This document shows positions 1-12,093 of a DNA stretch of 64,000 nt, in pieces. The DNA is from Candidatus Hydrogenedentota bacterium (GTDB lineage: Bacteria; Hydrogenedentota; Hydrogenedentia; Hydrogenedentales; SLHB01): the NCBI GenBank assembly GCA_963745075.1, contig CAVUWV010000024.1, forward strand, positions 288,001 through 352,000. The letters run 5' to 3'. The notes beneath the pieces are model-generated. The model saw only the letters and a list, made by a program, of their open reading frames with translations. It had not been told where the DNA came from and did no database searches. Within the stretch, counting starts at the first letter, position 1; the number at the start of each line of letters is the position of its first letter. Position numbers and translations under genes: made by a program.

Positions 1-501
1 CTCCCGGTTCACGCGTTCGACCACGGCGCCGCCGATCCCGAAGTCCGCCACATTGAGAAAGTACTGCACCTGCTGCCGGCCTTCATCCGAGGGTGAGAAC
101 GTTACACGCCCGATATCCACTTTCGTCGTGTGCGCGCTGTTCAAGTGCGCCAGGGCGTCGGATCGATCGCGAAGGTCTAAGGTCCGGGCAAGGTCCGAGC
201 CGGTGCCATGCGGATAGATGGCCAAACTGGCGGCAGGGTTCACGGGGAGATAGTCGTCAAAGAATCCGTTCAAAACCTCGTGATGCGTTCCATCTCCGCC
301 GACACTGACGATTCGAGTACATCCCGATCGCAGGGCGTTTCGGGTCAAGGTTGCGGCATGCCAGGGGCGCTCGGTAATGAAGGCGTCGAACCGGGGAAGT
401 CGTTCACGAAATCGCTTCTCCAATTCGGGCCATGCTTCACCCGCGCGCCCGTTCGCCGCACGCGGATTAACAATGACCGCTACCCTCGACGTGGGGTCCA
501 T
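1..501 (-). CDS. Diacylglycerol/lipid kinase (DAGKc, YegS-like) family protein, 3' end runs off the window
   Basis: Manual translation: MDPTSRVAVIVNP...VSVGGDGTHHEVLNG...HGTGSDLAR...VDIGRV...YFLNVADFGIGG; starts right after the purB stop. Confidence 0.85.
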   Translation of the reverse strand, partial: MDPTSRVAVIVNPRAANGRAGEAWPELEKRFRERLPRFDAFITERPWHAATLTRNALRSGCTRIVSVGGDGTHHEVLNGFFDDYLPVNPAASLAIYPHGTGSDLARTLDLRDRSDALAHLNSAHTTKVDIGRVTFSPSDEGRQQVQYFLNVADFGIGGAVVERVNRE

Positions 502-502
502 C

Positions 503-1933
503 TCACACGCGCACGTCCGAACCGCGGCCCATTCGGCCGGGGTGGCGCGCCAACACCGGCAAGACCTCCTGCGCGATGAACTCGACGACCTGCTCGGGCG
601 CGCGGCCTACAAACTGCCGCATGTCGAGAACGGATTCAATCTCGGCAGCGGTCATGCCGATGGCTGGATCACCGGCCAGCCGTTCGAGCAGATCGTTATC
701 GGCGCCCTCCATCTTGACGCGCTGGGCCGCCGCCTGGGAATGGGTCCGAATCACCTCGTGGAGTTCCTGGCGGTCGCCGCCCTTCTTCACGCAGGCCATG
801 AGGATGTTTTCCGTGGCCATAAACGGCAGCTCGGCACGAAGGTGACGCTCGATAACCTTCGGGTAGACCGCTGGGTTTTCCATGACGTTGAGATAGAGAT
901 TCAAAACCGCGTCGCAGGCCAGAAACGCTTCTGGCAGGCTGATCCTTCGTATAGCGCTGTCGTCCAGCGTCCGTTCAAACCATTGGACCGCGGTGGTCAG
1001 TTCGCTGTGAAGCGGAGCGACCATGAGGTAGCGAGCCAGGGCGCAAGCGCGCTCGCAGCGCATGGGATTGCGTTTGTACGCCATGGCGGAGCTGCCAATC
1101 TGCTTCTTCTCGAACGGTTCCTCGATTTCCTTTAAGTTCTGTAGAAGCCGCATATCCGTGGCGAATTTGTGAACGCTCTCGCCGATCCCCGCCAATACCT
1201 GGAGCACATGCGTGTCGACCTTGCGCGGATACGTTTGACCGGTCACCGCGTACGCCCGGTCGAACCCGAGTTTTTCCGAGACGCGAGCCTCCAGCGCCTT
1301 CACCTTTTCGTGATCGCCTTCAAACAAGGCAAGAAACGAGGCTTGGGTGCCGGTCGTTCCCTTAACGCCTCGGCAACGCAGACGCGCCAAGATTCGCTCA
1401 ACGTCCTCGATGTCGAAAAGAACATCTTGCGCCCACAGGCAGGCGCGCTTGCCGACTGTCACGACCTGTGCCGGTTGATAATGCGTAAACCCGAGGGTGG
1501 GCAAATCCTTCCACTGTTCTGCGAAGGCCCGCAACCGGTCCAGGACGTTGACGGCCTTCGTCAGAATGATTTCGAGCCCTTCCCGGAGGAGTATCAGGTC
1601 CGTGTTGTCGCCTACGAAGCAGCTCGTCGCGCCGAGGTGGATGATAGGCTTGGCCTTGGGAGCGACAAGTCCGTACGTATGAACGTGCGCCATGACGTCG
1701 TGGCGCAACTCCCGTTCAAATTGTCTGGCGGCCTCGAAGTCGATATCGTCCACGTGGGCGCGCATCTCGTCCAGTTGTTCATCGGAGATGGGTAGTCCGA
1801 GTTCCTGTTCCGCCTCGGCCAGGGCAATCCAGCAGCGGCGCCACGTGGAAAACTTTCGTTGGGCGCTCCAAAGCTGGGCCATTTCTTTCGTCGCGAACCG
1901 CTCAACCAGCGGGCTGATGTATTCCGTGGTCAT
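503..1933 (-). CDS. purB: Adenylosuccinate lyase
   Basis: [16 protein letters not shown] and [11 protein letters not shown] signature; likely start MTTEYISPL. Confidence 0.95.
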   Translation of the reverse strand: MTTEYISPLVERFATKEMAQLWSAQRKFSTWRRCWIALAEAEQELGLPISDEQLDEMRAHVDDIDFEAARQFERELRHDVMAHVHTYGLVAPKAKPIIHLGATSCFVGDNTDLILLREGLEIILTKAVNVLDRLRAFAEQWKDLPTLGFTHYQPAQVVTVGKRACLWAQDVLFDIEDVERILARLRCRGVKGTTGTQASFLALFEGDHEKVKALEARVSEKLGFDRAYAVTGQTYPRKVDTHVLQVLAGIGESVHKFATDMRLLQNLKEIEEPFEKKQIGSSAMAYKRNPMRCERACALARYLMVAPLHSELTTAVQWFERTLDDSAIRRISLPEAFLACDAVLNLYLNVMENPAVYPKVIERHLRAELPFMATENILMACVKKGGDRQELHEVIRTHSQAAAQRVKMEGADNDLLERLAGDPAIGMTAAEIESVLDMRQFVGRAPEQVVEFIAQEVLPVLARHPGRMGRGSDVRV

Positions 1934-2787
1934 TCTCGGTTGGTCTCCCCATACATGTTTTTGTCGAATTCCCGTCGCCAACGGCGGTGCAAATCATCCC
2001 GGCGAAACAGGCGCATGAGCCCGTACGTCAGTGAACCGCAGCGCCGCTGTCGTTCCAGCGCGAGTTCGTTGGTAGGTTCCAGTTCCATGACACGCTGATA
2101 GTAGAAAATTGCCTGCTCGTAAAACCGCAATTCACGAAAACTATCACCCAAACAAAGCCAACAGAGCGGCACGCGAGGGCTGAGATGAGCCGCCTCGGCG
2201 AGATGGCCGGCCGCCAACGCGTAAAGACCCGCATCCATCAGGATCCAGCCGGCGAGAAAGTACGGTTCCCAGGGATTCTGCGTCAGCAAAGTTGCCTCAT
2301 CAAACTGCTCGAGGGCGTGCGATCGAAATCCGGGCTCCATCCGCAAGAGCACTTCGCCCCGGATGCAGCGCGAGTACCAGGACCGGTCGCCTCCCTCGAC
2401 GCTCACGTCGGAACAGGCGAGCGCCTCATCGTACCGCCGGAGATGCGCCAATACCAGGGCACGCGACGCATAGAAAGGCCGCACGCGGCGGTAATTCTCG
2501 TAGGCTTCGTTCGCGGCGGTCTCCGCCTCGTCGACGCGGCCGGCGCGAATCAGCGTGTCGACCAGTTCAACCCGGGCGGCATAGTGTCGATCGTCGTAGC
2601 CGATTGCCTTTCGGTAGAAATCAGTTGCGGCCCTGAAGTGGCCGGATTCGCGCATCTCCCGCGCGGCGCGGTAGAAGGACGGCGCATCGTGAGGTTGCAC
2701 CCGTGGCGTCGGGGCCGCCTGGGCTTGCGGCGCCTTCTTTTCGATGCCGATCGTGCTGTCGAGTTCGAGCCAGTCAAAGCGATCCAT
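1930..2787 (-). CDS. Tetratricopeptide-repeat protein
   Basis: C-terminal part of ORF 1930..3348 from MDRFDWLE; repeated TPR-like helices ([26 protein letters not shown]). Confidence 0.8.
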   Translation of the reverse strand: MDRFDWLELDSTIGIEKKAPQAQAAPTPRVQPHDAPSFYRAAREMRESGHFRAATDFYRKAIGYDDRHYAARVELVDTLIRAGRVDEAETAANEAYENYRRVRPFYASRALVLAHLRRYDEALACSDVSVEGGDRSWYSRCIRGEVLLRMEPGFRSHALEQFDEATLLTQNPWEPYFLAGWILMDAGLYALAAGHLAEAAHLSPRVPLCWLCLGDSFRELRFYEQAIFYYQRVMELEPTNELALERQRRCGSLTYGLMRLFRRDDLHRRWRREFDKNMYGETNRE

Positions 2788-4327
2788 CGTGCGGGCTTCC
2801 GATGCTCTCGATGCGCTGCAATGATGATACCGCGCGGGCACGGTCGCGTGACCAGTCGCGAAGGTCCTGGATTCGCTCCCGCATGGTTGTGGCCAGGGGA
2901 ACGGTTTCTCCGATTGCCTGGGTGATGTCGCCGGTTTCCACTTCGCGCTTTGCGAAGAAGCTGTCGTGCATGGCGGAAATGATGGCCTGTTCGATCTCCG
3001 CACCGCTGAACCCCTCCGATGCGAGGGCAAGGGCTTCCAAGTCGAACTTGTCGGGATCGCGGCCGACCCGGCGCAAATGAATGGCGAAGATTTCGCCGCG
3101 TTCTTTCGCGCGAGGCAGGTCCACGAAGAAAATTTCATCCAGCCGTCCTTTGCGCAACAGTTCCGGCGGGAGATCCTGCACGTCATTGGCGGTCGCCACA
3201 ACGAACACGGGCGCCGTTTTCTCCTGAATCCAGGTGAGGAAGGTCCCGACGACCCGGGCCGTGGTACCGGAATCGGAGCTTCCGGACCCGCCGACGCCAC
3301 TGAATGCTTTCTCGATTTCATCGATCCACAGCACGACGGGCGCGACACTTTCAGCGACTTGCACCGCTTTCCGCATGTTCTGTTCCGAGCTGCCGATGTA
3401 CCCTTCGAAGATTCGGCTCATATCCATGCGAATGAGGGGGAGTTTCCAGGAGGCGGCAATGGTTTTTGCCACGAGACTCTTTCCACAGCCTTGCACGCCC
3501 ATGAGCAAAATGCCTTTGGGTTGGGGAAGCCCGTAGCGGCGGGCCTCATCGGTGAACGCGCGCACCCGCTTGCTCAACCAGTCTTTGAGGATGTCCATAC
3601 CGCCAACGCCGGACAGACCGCTGGAAACGTCGTAGAACTCCAACACGCCGGACTTCCGGATGACCTGCCGCTTCTCGGCGGCGATGGCGTGAATGTCGCC
3701 GGCGTCCAGCACCTTGTCCAGGACGATGGCGTGGGCGAAGGCGTTCTCGGCTTCGGTCATCGTCAAGCCTTGCGCGGCTTTGATGAGGCGGTCCCGTTCG
3801 TCTGCCGTGAGTCGAACCTCGAAACGGCGCGATGTGCCCGCACTCTGGATCGTATGTTCGAGGAGCGCGCTCAGATCGGCGTAACTCGGCAGGGGGAGAT
3901 CCATGATTGTGACAGACTTCTCCAGTTCGTCGGGCAATTTCAAAACTGGCGAGAGGATGATGATAGTCTTTCGAGTTCGCCGCAATGCGATCGCGAGATC
4001 GCGCATTTGCCGGACGATCTCAGGCGCCTCCAGATAGCAGTGAAAGTCCTTTAAGATATAGAGAGCGGAAGCGTCGGACTGGAGAATCTCGTTTAGCACG
4101 GCCAACGGCTCCCGCGTGCGGCGCCGGTCGGGGCTGCTTTGGCGATTCCCGTCCATCGACCTGAGCCCGTCCGTGATGCTCCATTCAAAGAGGGACTTTT
4201 TGAGGTTCGCCGCCAGATCGATGAAAAGTTTTCGCGCACGGTCTTCCTCCCACGTGACGAGATAGACGAGGGAGTACCGCGCCCGGATCAGATGCTCCAA
4301 ATCTTTCAGGAACGGTATCGACATCAC
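2774..4327 (-). CDS. AAA+ ATPase, Ycf46-like
   Basis: Walker A GVQGCGKS, Walker [29 protein letters not shown]-terminal [14 protein letters not shown] region. Confidence 0.9.
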   Translation of the reverse strand: MMSIPFLKDLEHLIRARYSLVYLVTWEEDRARKLFIDLAANLKKSLFEWSITDGLRSMDGNRQSSPDRRRTREPLAVLNEILQSDASALYILKDFHCYLEAPEIVRQMRDLAIALRRTRKTIIILSPVLKLPDELEKSVTIMDLPLPSYADLSALLEHTIQSAGTSRRFEVRLTADERDRLIKAAQGLTMTEAENAFAHAIVLDKVLDAGDIHAIAAEKRQVIRKSGVLEFYDVSSGLSGVGGMDILKDWLSKRVRAFTDEARRYGLPQPKGILLMGVQGCGKSLVAKTIAASWKLPLIRMDMSRIFEGYIGSSEQNMRKAVQVAESVAPVVLWIDEIEKAFSGVGGSGSSDSGTTARVVGTFLTWIQEKTAPVFVVATANDVQDLPPELLRKGRLDEIFFVDLPRAKERGEIFAIHLRRVGRDPDKFDLEALALASEGFSGAEIEQAIISAMHDSFFAKREVETGDITQAIGETVPLATTMRERIQDLRDWSRDRARAVSSLQRIESIGSPHDGSL

Positions 4328-4974
4328 CCCACGACGGCGTCTTTCGTGGCAAGTTCAAAACCGTCATCCCTTGCCACCGCGGCGACGGCAGTAACCGGGT
4401 TTGAACGCGCCGCAAAGATCCCTGCTCCCAAAACGAAGTCGCAGGCCGCCTCGGCCGAATCCACGGAGAACGAGCCGCCTTGATCGGCGGCGAGGTCATT
4501 CTCCTCGTACGTGGCGACGTAGCGAAACGTGCCCGGTTCGAGCGTCACTCGGGCGACGGTTAGTCCATCTTCCCGCACGGTCCCCAGCCATGCGGCCTTC
4601 GTGCCCTTATCCAGGACCGCGCAAATCCGTGGCGTATTGTATTGATCGTGTTCGAAATCCAGCGCCAGCAGGGAAAGTACGAGCGCGTCCCGTGGGGACA
4701 TGCCGGCCGCAATCTTCTCGGCAATCGGGTCGGTCTGACTCCCGTTGGTCACGACCGCAACGTCTCCTTCACAGACGACGCGTGCGCAGTTATACGCAAT
4801 ATAGGGGTTCTTCTCAACGTCGGACTCGAAACCCGGTTTCGGGATGATGCTAACCGAGTCCTCGCGTGCCACGGCATACCGATTCGGGAATGAACGGCTC
4901 GATACCCGATAGGCGGCATAGAGACGCTCATCCTCCGTCACTCCCACACAAACGATTCGCCCTACATAGATCAT
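4324..4974 (-). CDS. purO: IMP cyclohydrolase, archaeal PurO type
   Basis: YVGR, YRVSSRSFPNR, NPYIAYNC, VTNGSQTD and YNTPRI motifs; same operon as purB. Confidence 0.85.
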   Translation of the reverse strand: MIYVGRIVCVGVTEDERLYAAYRVSSRSFPNRYAVAREDSVSIIPKPGFESDVEKNPYIAYNCARVVCEGDVAVVTNGSQTDPIAEKIAAGMSPRDALVLSLLALDFEHDQYNTPRICAVLDKGTKAAWLGTVREDGLTVARVTLEPGTFRYVATYEENDLAADQGGSFSVDSAEAACDFVLGAGIFAARSNPVTAVAAVARDDGFELATKDAVVG

Positions 4975-5066
4975 GCCATTCCCCTTCCCAGCCAATACCT
5001 TCGTGCAAAGCGGTATTATAGCGCGGGGCGCAGGCGAACGGCGAATGGACCAATACCATCAGAGCG

Positions 5067-5645
5067 CTACGGTTGCAACGGCGCGTTTTCCGCTTCCGGC
5101 GCGCGCTTGATGTCATCCCAGTCGCTGTACGCGTCCTCATTATCAATCCACTTCAGAAAGAAACGCTGCATGCGCTTGGGCTCGGCGGTGAAGACAAACC
5201 AGTCGTCAAGCTTTTCGTGGGATACCCAGAGGCGGCCCTTCTCGAGTCGGTCATTCATCCAGTCGTAGTCGAGGGTGCGGAGGCGAAACGTATCGCCGTC
5301 GCGCTCGTACTGCCAGATCGCATGGGCCGGAATAAGCATGAACGACGCAAAATCACCGATGCCCGATACCTCCGTGGCCTGTAAGTCGAGGAACTGGTAT
5401 TTCTTGAGTTGCACCAAATGCGCCGAGAGGGTGACGGGGTCGTCGTCCCCCGAAAGCACGGTGAGCGTATACTCGTTCTCGCCGGCCTTCTCGAATATCC
5501 ATCGGTCATCTTCCTCGCCCCAGGTACCCTCCAGTCCCGGGTCGTAGACAAGGTCTTCGTCCGTGTACAGCGGATGCAGGGAAAGCGGGATACAGCCGGA
5601 AACGGAAACGAACAGCAGAATGGATAAGGCGTTTCGCGGTTTCAT
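5067..5645 (-). CDS. Hypothetical lipoprotein
   Basis: Signal peptide with lipobox VSGC followed by SLHPLY. Confidence 0.7.
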   Translation of the reverse strand: MKPRNALSILLFVSVSGCIPLSLHPLYTDEDLVYDPGLEGTWGEEDDRWIFEKAGENEYTLTVLSGDDDPVTLSAHLVQLKKYQFLDLQATEVSGIGDFASFMLIPAHAIWQYERDGDTFRLRTLDYDWMNDRLEKGRLWVSHEKLDDWFVFTAEPKRMQRFFLKWIDNEDAYSDWDDIKRAPEAENAPLQP

Positions 5646-5756
5646 GGCAAGAACCCTCCGTGTGGCATAGGATGCCCCCCGTGCGAGGCGCCCCCCACTA
5701 AATATTCATCCTTATGGAACGGATTAGGTTGCCTTTCGGATTCCGAAATCTGTCGG

Positions 5757-6452
5757 CTACACGCATGGATCGCTCATAAGGTCACAGCCACCGGCGCTGT
5801 TCTCAGTACAGTGGAAATCTTCATTGCCGTTGTATTCACAATTCAACCCGATGCAGCAGTATTTGTTTCCCTTCGTGGAGGCGATTACCGTTCCGTCGGG
5901 TGCGGTGGCCATCCGCGAGGGTCGAATCACGTTTGCCTTCTTCGCCTTGGTAATCGTCTTGATTCGCTGGCCGTGTGATGGTCCGGAATAGCTCTTGAAC
6001 GCCGTCGAGAACAGCGCGTGGACCTTGTAGGTTGCCCATCCATTCGCGGCATCCAGAAAGCCTTCGGACACGAGGTCATTCACCTTGGCTTTGTCGCGGG
6101 CGTGGAAGTAGGGCACGAAAATGCCCGCTTCATCGACTTTTTCCGTCGCGGTCCAGACGGGATCTGCAGGATCAATTACACGCTTGCACAGGTCGATTAT
6201 GGGCTCCTTCTCCCACCCGTTCTGTTTGATCGCATCCACCAACGCCTGTAGACGGGCTTGCGTGTCCGGCAACCCGAGGGGGAACTGGATTTCCGTCGGA
6301 GCCTGCCCAACGCGCTCGGCGTGTTCCGTGAGAACCTCCGTGTACGCTCTTGACGAAAAATACTCGTCAAAAGTCATTTGGTGTATGAGATACAACATCC
6401 TCCGTTCGAGCATTCCAGTTTTGGGGTCTGTAGGTACGAAATAGTCTGCCAT
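5757..6452 (-). CDS. Hypothetical protein with six-cysteine C-terminus
   Basis: 231-aa ORF with upstream RBS-like GGAG; no recognisable family. Confidence 0.65.
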   Translation of the reverse strand: MADYFVPTDPKTGMLERRMLYLIHQMTFDEYFSSRAYTEVLTEHAERVGQAPTEIQFPLGLPDTQARLQALVDAIKQNGWEKEPIIDLCKRVIDPADPVWTATEKVDEAGIFVPYFHARDKAKVNDLVSEGFLDAANGWATYKVHALFSTAFKSYSGPSHGQRIKTITKAKKANVIRPSRMATAPDGTVIASTKGNKYCCIGLNCEYNGNEDFHCTENSAGGCDLMSDPCV

Positions 6453-6495
6453 GATCTCCCGCTCCTTCCCTTGATTGTTCGTGTCCCCATATTCG

Positions 6496-9400
6496 TCAGC
6501 GGGCGGCGATAGCGAGGCGCACCCGCTGAAACGGTCCCCGCATCAAAACGATTTCCACAGTCGCTCTTTCGCTTGATTTCAGTCGGTCGATCGTGTGTGC
6601 CAGGCTCGACTGTAAGTCTTCAAACGAGGAGACGACTTTATCGTCGATCTGTATAATCCGGTCTTGGTACTGAAGGTGCAATGCAGCGAGTGCACGGTTC
6701 TCCATCGCATTCGATCCGCCCGACATTTCAACTCCCGGCCCCGCAATCGTTCCCTCGGGGAGTTGAGCTATACGCGCCCTGATCGCGTCGCTCTGCTGTG
6801 CGTCAGTGATCTTTGCTCTAGTCTGGACGGTCAGGCAATGCATCAGTGCTTCGCGCAGTTCCTCGCCGGAAAGATCGACTCTATCCTCGATATCGGCGAC
6901 AGCGAGAACGTCGTACACGATGTGCACGGACCGGTCACCGCGTTCGAGGTCAAGCGCGACGGTGGACCGGGTGCGATCTGAAACGTCTTGCCGGATCCTC
7001 TCGATCGTGCGGGCGCCGTCGGGCGACAGCAGGGATACACCGTCGAGTTCGATGGGACGGTCTCCGGAGCGTATCCCGAGGTATTGAAGGTTCACGGCCA
7101 ATTGCGGATTCACCGCGGGAGGGCGTTGGGCTTTGGCTGCGGGCGTGGCTTTGTACATATCATCGATCGCTTGGATCACATACGCGAGAACCGTCCGCGG
7201 TGTGGCTACCACAAACGCCGTAGCACCAGAGTAAGGGAGCGGGGGCGCCCCATCGGATTCTATGTTTCTGCGATATATTTCATAGCGGTCGCGCCAGGAC
7301 AAAGCAGGCTCGCCGGGCAAGCTGTCGAGCCTCCAGGGCGCGGCCCGATCGGCGCAAACCGTCCCGTCCAGGCTCGCCGTAAGAATCGCCGATTGGTCGG
7401 CGTCATAGTACATTCCTGAGTGTACCTGACGATATCCGCCGATTGCGACAAGCTCGCGTGGATCCGCGAGAGTCCACAGACGACCCACCCGCGAACCCTT
7501 GTCCAAGCCGTACATGCGGCCCAATTCCGGAAGCAACGCGATGTAAGTACTGTGAATTGGGCTCGTGACCGGGGGCCGAGCGGTCCCTGAATCAAGCGTC
7601 CACACCAGTAGGTCGTCATCGAGGGCCGCAATGTATACGGCTTGCCCATTCGGCATCACGGCAATGCTGGAGATCTCCGCATCGTGCCCCACAAGTTCGC
7701 GTGACCTCGCGCCGGTTGCCAAATCCCAGATTGACGCGGATCCATCATGTGCTCCGGAGATTAGACCTGTACCGTCCGGCAGGAACGTCAGGGCGGTCAC
7801 CCTATCGCGGTGGCCGGCAAACTGGAGGAGTTCCGCGCCCGTTGGATGCGTCGAACAACCGCAATGCGCCGTCCCAATACCCGATAGCGAGTCGCGTCGA
7901 GTCCGGCGAGAATGCAAGCTGGCTGATGCGGCGCGACGAATTTGTGATTCGAACGGAGACTTTTCTTTCGTCGATACGCCAGAGCAAAGGCGTGAACCAA
8001 TCGTTTGCCGTACATAACAACGTTCCATCAGGACTCAGCGCGAAAACCGGATAGGGTTGGATGTCGAACGACGAGAACGCGGCTAGCCCCGTATTTGTCT
8101 TATAGTTAAATATATGCACAATATCATCGTGCGTCCGAAGCGCGATGCGATTCAGTTTGCTGGATACACCCATAATTGGCAGGCCTTCACCAATATCCGC
8201 CAAGACGACTTCATCGGGAGCCCGGCGCGCGTTCCAGACATGGACCACGTGGTCCAGGCCAAGGGAAAGAAAGTGGGTGCCATCCGGGCTGAATTCGGCT
8301 CTCTGCACCAGCCCGGTGTGACCGGCGTATCGGGTAACCATCGTTCCCGTCGGCACGTGCCAGATTGTGAAGTCTCCAGTCTTGGTAAAGGTCAACAGGA
8401 GCGTGCCGTCAGGGCTGAATACCGCGTGTGATTCCGTATCGCCATGATTCAACTCAGCAAGCACTTGTCCGTCGGCGGCGTTATAAATCCACGTATTTCC
8501 ATTCAGACCGCAAAGAGCGAGTTTCGTCCCATCGGGACTGTAGCAGGCGAATTGAATGGGCGAAGACTGGCTCAGCCTGAGGCCGGTTTCGCTCCCGGTG
8601 TCGGCATCGTAGCACCTGGCTCGAGAGCCTTGAATAATGAGTAGGTCGTGCGTACCGGGTCGAAAGACGGGTGATTGACCCTGAAGAACGAGATTTGGGT
8701 TCTCCGAATCCTGCTCCCACACCGAAGTCGAATCGCGGTCCTCAATAAAGATCAGCGAGCCGTCCGAACAAAAGGTGACCCGTGGAATCAATTCGCACTC
8801 GTTTGGGATCTTCCTGCCCCGTGCTTTGGTTCGTACATCCCAGAATTCAACGCTGCAATCCAGGGCAACAACGAGCAGCTTCGTCCCGTCCTCGTTAAAT
8901 ACGATGGATTTGATTACGCTGGGGCTTGGACCCAGGGTTGCAACCAATTCGCGGGATTCCACGTCCCACAAACGAATGTCGCCGTCCATTCCACCCAGGG
9001 CGAGGAGGGAACCATCGGGACTGTAAGACATGGCCAGTGTCCGGCCTGCGCTCGCAACTTCTATTGTGCCAAACGGATTGCCGGTCTGTGCGTCCCAGAT
9101 CTTCGCGCCTTCTTCGCGGGACAACGTCGCGATTTGCTTGCCGTCCGGACTGAAGGTTCCGACGGCACACCCGGGTAGCGTGAACGTGGGTTCGTTCGCG
9201 CGATTGAGGAGATAGCCCCATTCCCAGTTCCGAAGGTGCTCCGGCGTGGACCACAACGCTTCATTCGCCTCCTCCCGGTGATGGGAATCGAGGTATTCCG
9301 CAGCAAGCCGAATGGTCGCGACGTACTGCTGGCGTTCGGCCCGGTCCCGGGCTTGCTCTGCGTTGACGCGCTGAATCTGTTCTCGATTGCGTGAGACCGC

Positions 9401-10852
9401 GAGTTGCACGTTCTTGTGCTGAAGCGTCAGCACGTACACGACCGTCAGCGCGACGATGAGCAAGGCGGACGCTCCGGCCGTCAGGGCGACCGTCTTGTGA
9501 CGCTTGACCCAGCGACGGAGATAATCTCCCAGCGAGTAGCGATAGGCCGCGACGAGTGAGCCGGTTTGGAAGCGGGAAATCTCAGAAGCCAGTTCTTTGG
9601 CGTCCGCGTACCGGCGCGTCCGATCGCGCTCCATCGCACGATCGCAAATGGCTGCAAGCTCGGGCGGCGCCAGCGGTTCGACGCTGAGAACGGGAGCGGG
9701 TCGATCGGAAAGGACCTTTTGGAGAACCGCTTTGGGTTTGCCGCGTTCGTAAGGGCCTTTCCCCGTCAAGATCTCATACAGGACCGCGCCCAGCGAATAC
9801 ACGTCGGAGCGTTCATCGATCTGATCCAGGTCGCCTTTTGCCTGTTCAGGCGGCATGTACACCGGGGTTCCGAGCACTTGGCCGTACGTCGTTTGCGTGG
9901 CCTCGACCGACGACGACATTCTAAATGCCCGCAACGTCTCGGCAAAGTTGTCGGGTCGCTCGGTGTCGTCCTGGAGTGATTTAGCCAGCCCCCAATCCAG
10001 TACGACGGTCTCGCCAAACTCGCCGATCATGATATTGCCCGGTTTGATATCCCGATGGATTATCCCGCGGCTGTGGGCGTAGGCCATGGCTTGGCACATA
10101 TCCAGGAAGTGCGGCAACAACGAGAGCCGACCGGTAAGTGAAGGCGTTTCCTTGAGAACATCCAAAAGCGTCCGGCCGCGGACCAGCTTCATCGTGTAGT
10201 ACATCGAGCCATCTTCATGGCGGCCTAATTCGTATACCGGAATGATCGCGGGATGCTCGAGTTGACCGGTCAGTCGCGCCTCCTGAAGGAAACGGGAAAC
10301 GACCGTCAACGCTTGATGGCGGGGCGTGAGCGTTTCGTCTTCCTGCGCGGCGAAGGGGAGCAACTCCTTCATGGCGACTTCACGGCCGATATGCTCGTCG
10401 TACACGAGAAGCACCCGGCCCATTCCGCCGCGGGCGTACTCGCTTACGCTCGTATACCGGCCGGGCGTCTCATCGACCGCGGGGACGGAGTCGTCGAGTT
10501 GGCCAAGTGGGATGCCTCTCCGTTCGATCGTGACATCCTCATCCCCGTCGTACGGCGCCTGCCCCATGAAGGTTCGATCGATGCACTCGGCGCCGCCGAA
10601 ACCGGCGAGCGTTGCCTGCACGTCGCCGCTGTGGGCGGCAATAGCCTCGTCCACCAAGCGGTTCAGGAAATCGCAATCGGACTCTTGCAGAAATCCGGAC
10701 GCAACGAGATAATTGGATAAATTGCGGCTGCGATCGAATGCCCAGGAAGATGCACACTGGGCCAATTGAGCGGGCGACACCCCCCGGAGCTGCATCGCCA
10801 GTACGCCAAAGAGAAGATCTCGGTCGTCTTCGATGCTCATTTCGGAAGCCAC
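6496..10852 (-). CDS. Hanks-type Ser/Thr kinase with TM helix, WD40 repeats and C-terminal PDZ-like region; one frameshift near 7839
   Basis: ARGGMGRV, HRDIKPGN, DWGLAK, GTPVYMPPEQ; many FSPDG repeats; ORFs 7802..10852 and 6496..8028 join as DASNG-AELLQFAGH if one base is removed. Confidence 0.9.
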
Positions 10853-11003
10853 ACCTTACCGAACAAGGAATAGACTTTGTTCGTCGGAAACCGATATCGT
10901 GAGCACGCGTGTATCCTCCCACCAACTCCATCGTGGTAGCACAAAAGGCTATCTACGTTCAATACGCGTGCCGGATTACGAGGTGCGGCGCAGCCGAACC
11001 GCC

Positions 11004-11984
11004 TCAGAGCACTTCAGGATTGACGCAGTTGGGCGGCTTCTCACCGTTCAACCGCGCCACGATGTTGCTGGCGGCGATGTGCGCCATTTTGCCCCGGGTC
11101 TCCAGCGTGGCACTTCCCAGATGGGGGAGCAAGACGGCGTTCTCGCACTCGAACAGGCCGGGATGGACCTTGGGCTCTTCCTCGTACACATCGAGTCCCG
11201 CCCCCGCGATTTCGCCGGACTTGAGCGCTTCGACCAGCGCCGCTTCGTCGATGACCGGCCCTCGGGAGGTGTTGACGAGGTAGGCCGTTCTCTTCATGGC
11301 CTGGAAGTCAGCGGCGCCAAACGCGTGGGTTGTCTCTGGAAGCAGCGGACAGTGGATGCTGACGAAATCCGACTCGGCCAGTAGCGTCTCCTTGTCCACC
11401 TCGGTTGCGTGGTATTCGTGATCGATCTCGGGATCGACCGTCTCGCGGCTCGTATACAGGACCTGCATATCAAAGGCTTTGGCCCGGCGTGCGACCGCTT
11501 TGCCGATTCGACCGAATCCGAAAATGCCGAGCGTCTTGCCGAAAACGTCCGAACCCATCAGTTGCATCGGGCCCCATCCGGTCCATTTGCCGGCTCTCAG
11601 AATGCGTTCGGATTCACCGAGCCTGCGCGCAACGGCGAGAATCAACGACCACGTCAAGTCGGCCGTGGTTTCCGTCAACACGCCGGGCGTATTCGTCACC
11701 GGGACCTTGCGTTCGGTGGCGGCCGGAACGTCGATGTTGTTGTAACCGACCGCAAAGTTGGCGACGATCTTGAGCTGCGGGCCCGCTGCGTCCAAGACTT
11801 CCCCGTCAATGCGATCGGTCAAAATGGGCAGAAGCGCATCGACGCCCTTGACAGCGGCAAGCAGCGCTTCCCGCGGAATGACCTGGTCTTCCGGATACAC
11901 GGTCACGGCGTCTTTGCCGAATGTCTCGTACAAAAGATTCAATCCCTTATCCGGGATGCGACGGGCGACGAATATCTTGGCCAT
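11004..11984 (-). CDS. D-2-hydroxyacid dehydrogenase (glyoxylate reductase / D-glycerate dehydrogenase)
   Basis: GIFGFGRIG, VNTSRGPVIDE, GLDVYEEEP, LPHLGSA. Confidence 0.9.
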   Translation of the reverse strand: MAKIFVARRIPDKGLNLLYETFGKDAVTVYPEDQVIPREALLAAVKGVDALLPILTDRIDGEVLDAAGPQLKIVANFAVGYNNIDVPAATERKVPVTNTPGVLTETTADLTWSLILAVARRLGESERILRAGKWTGWGPMQLMGSDVFGKTLGIFGFGRIGKAVARRAKAFDMQVLYTSRETVDPEIDHEYHATEVDKETLLAESDFVSIHCPLLPETTHAFGAADFQAMKRTAYLVNTSRGPVIDEAALVEALKSGEIAGAGLDVYEEEPKVHPGLFECENAVLLPHLGSATLETRGKMAHIAASNIVARLNGEKPPNCVNPEVL

Positions 11985-12093
11985 GATTTCCTCCTTCGCG
12001 TGTTATGAGCCGAGTGAGGCTGCGGAATCGTGATGAAAGGACAACGGGCCTGCGGACAACGGATGATGTGGTGCCGCAGGCACGTTGATACCG

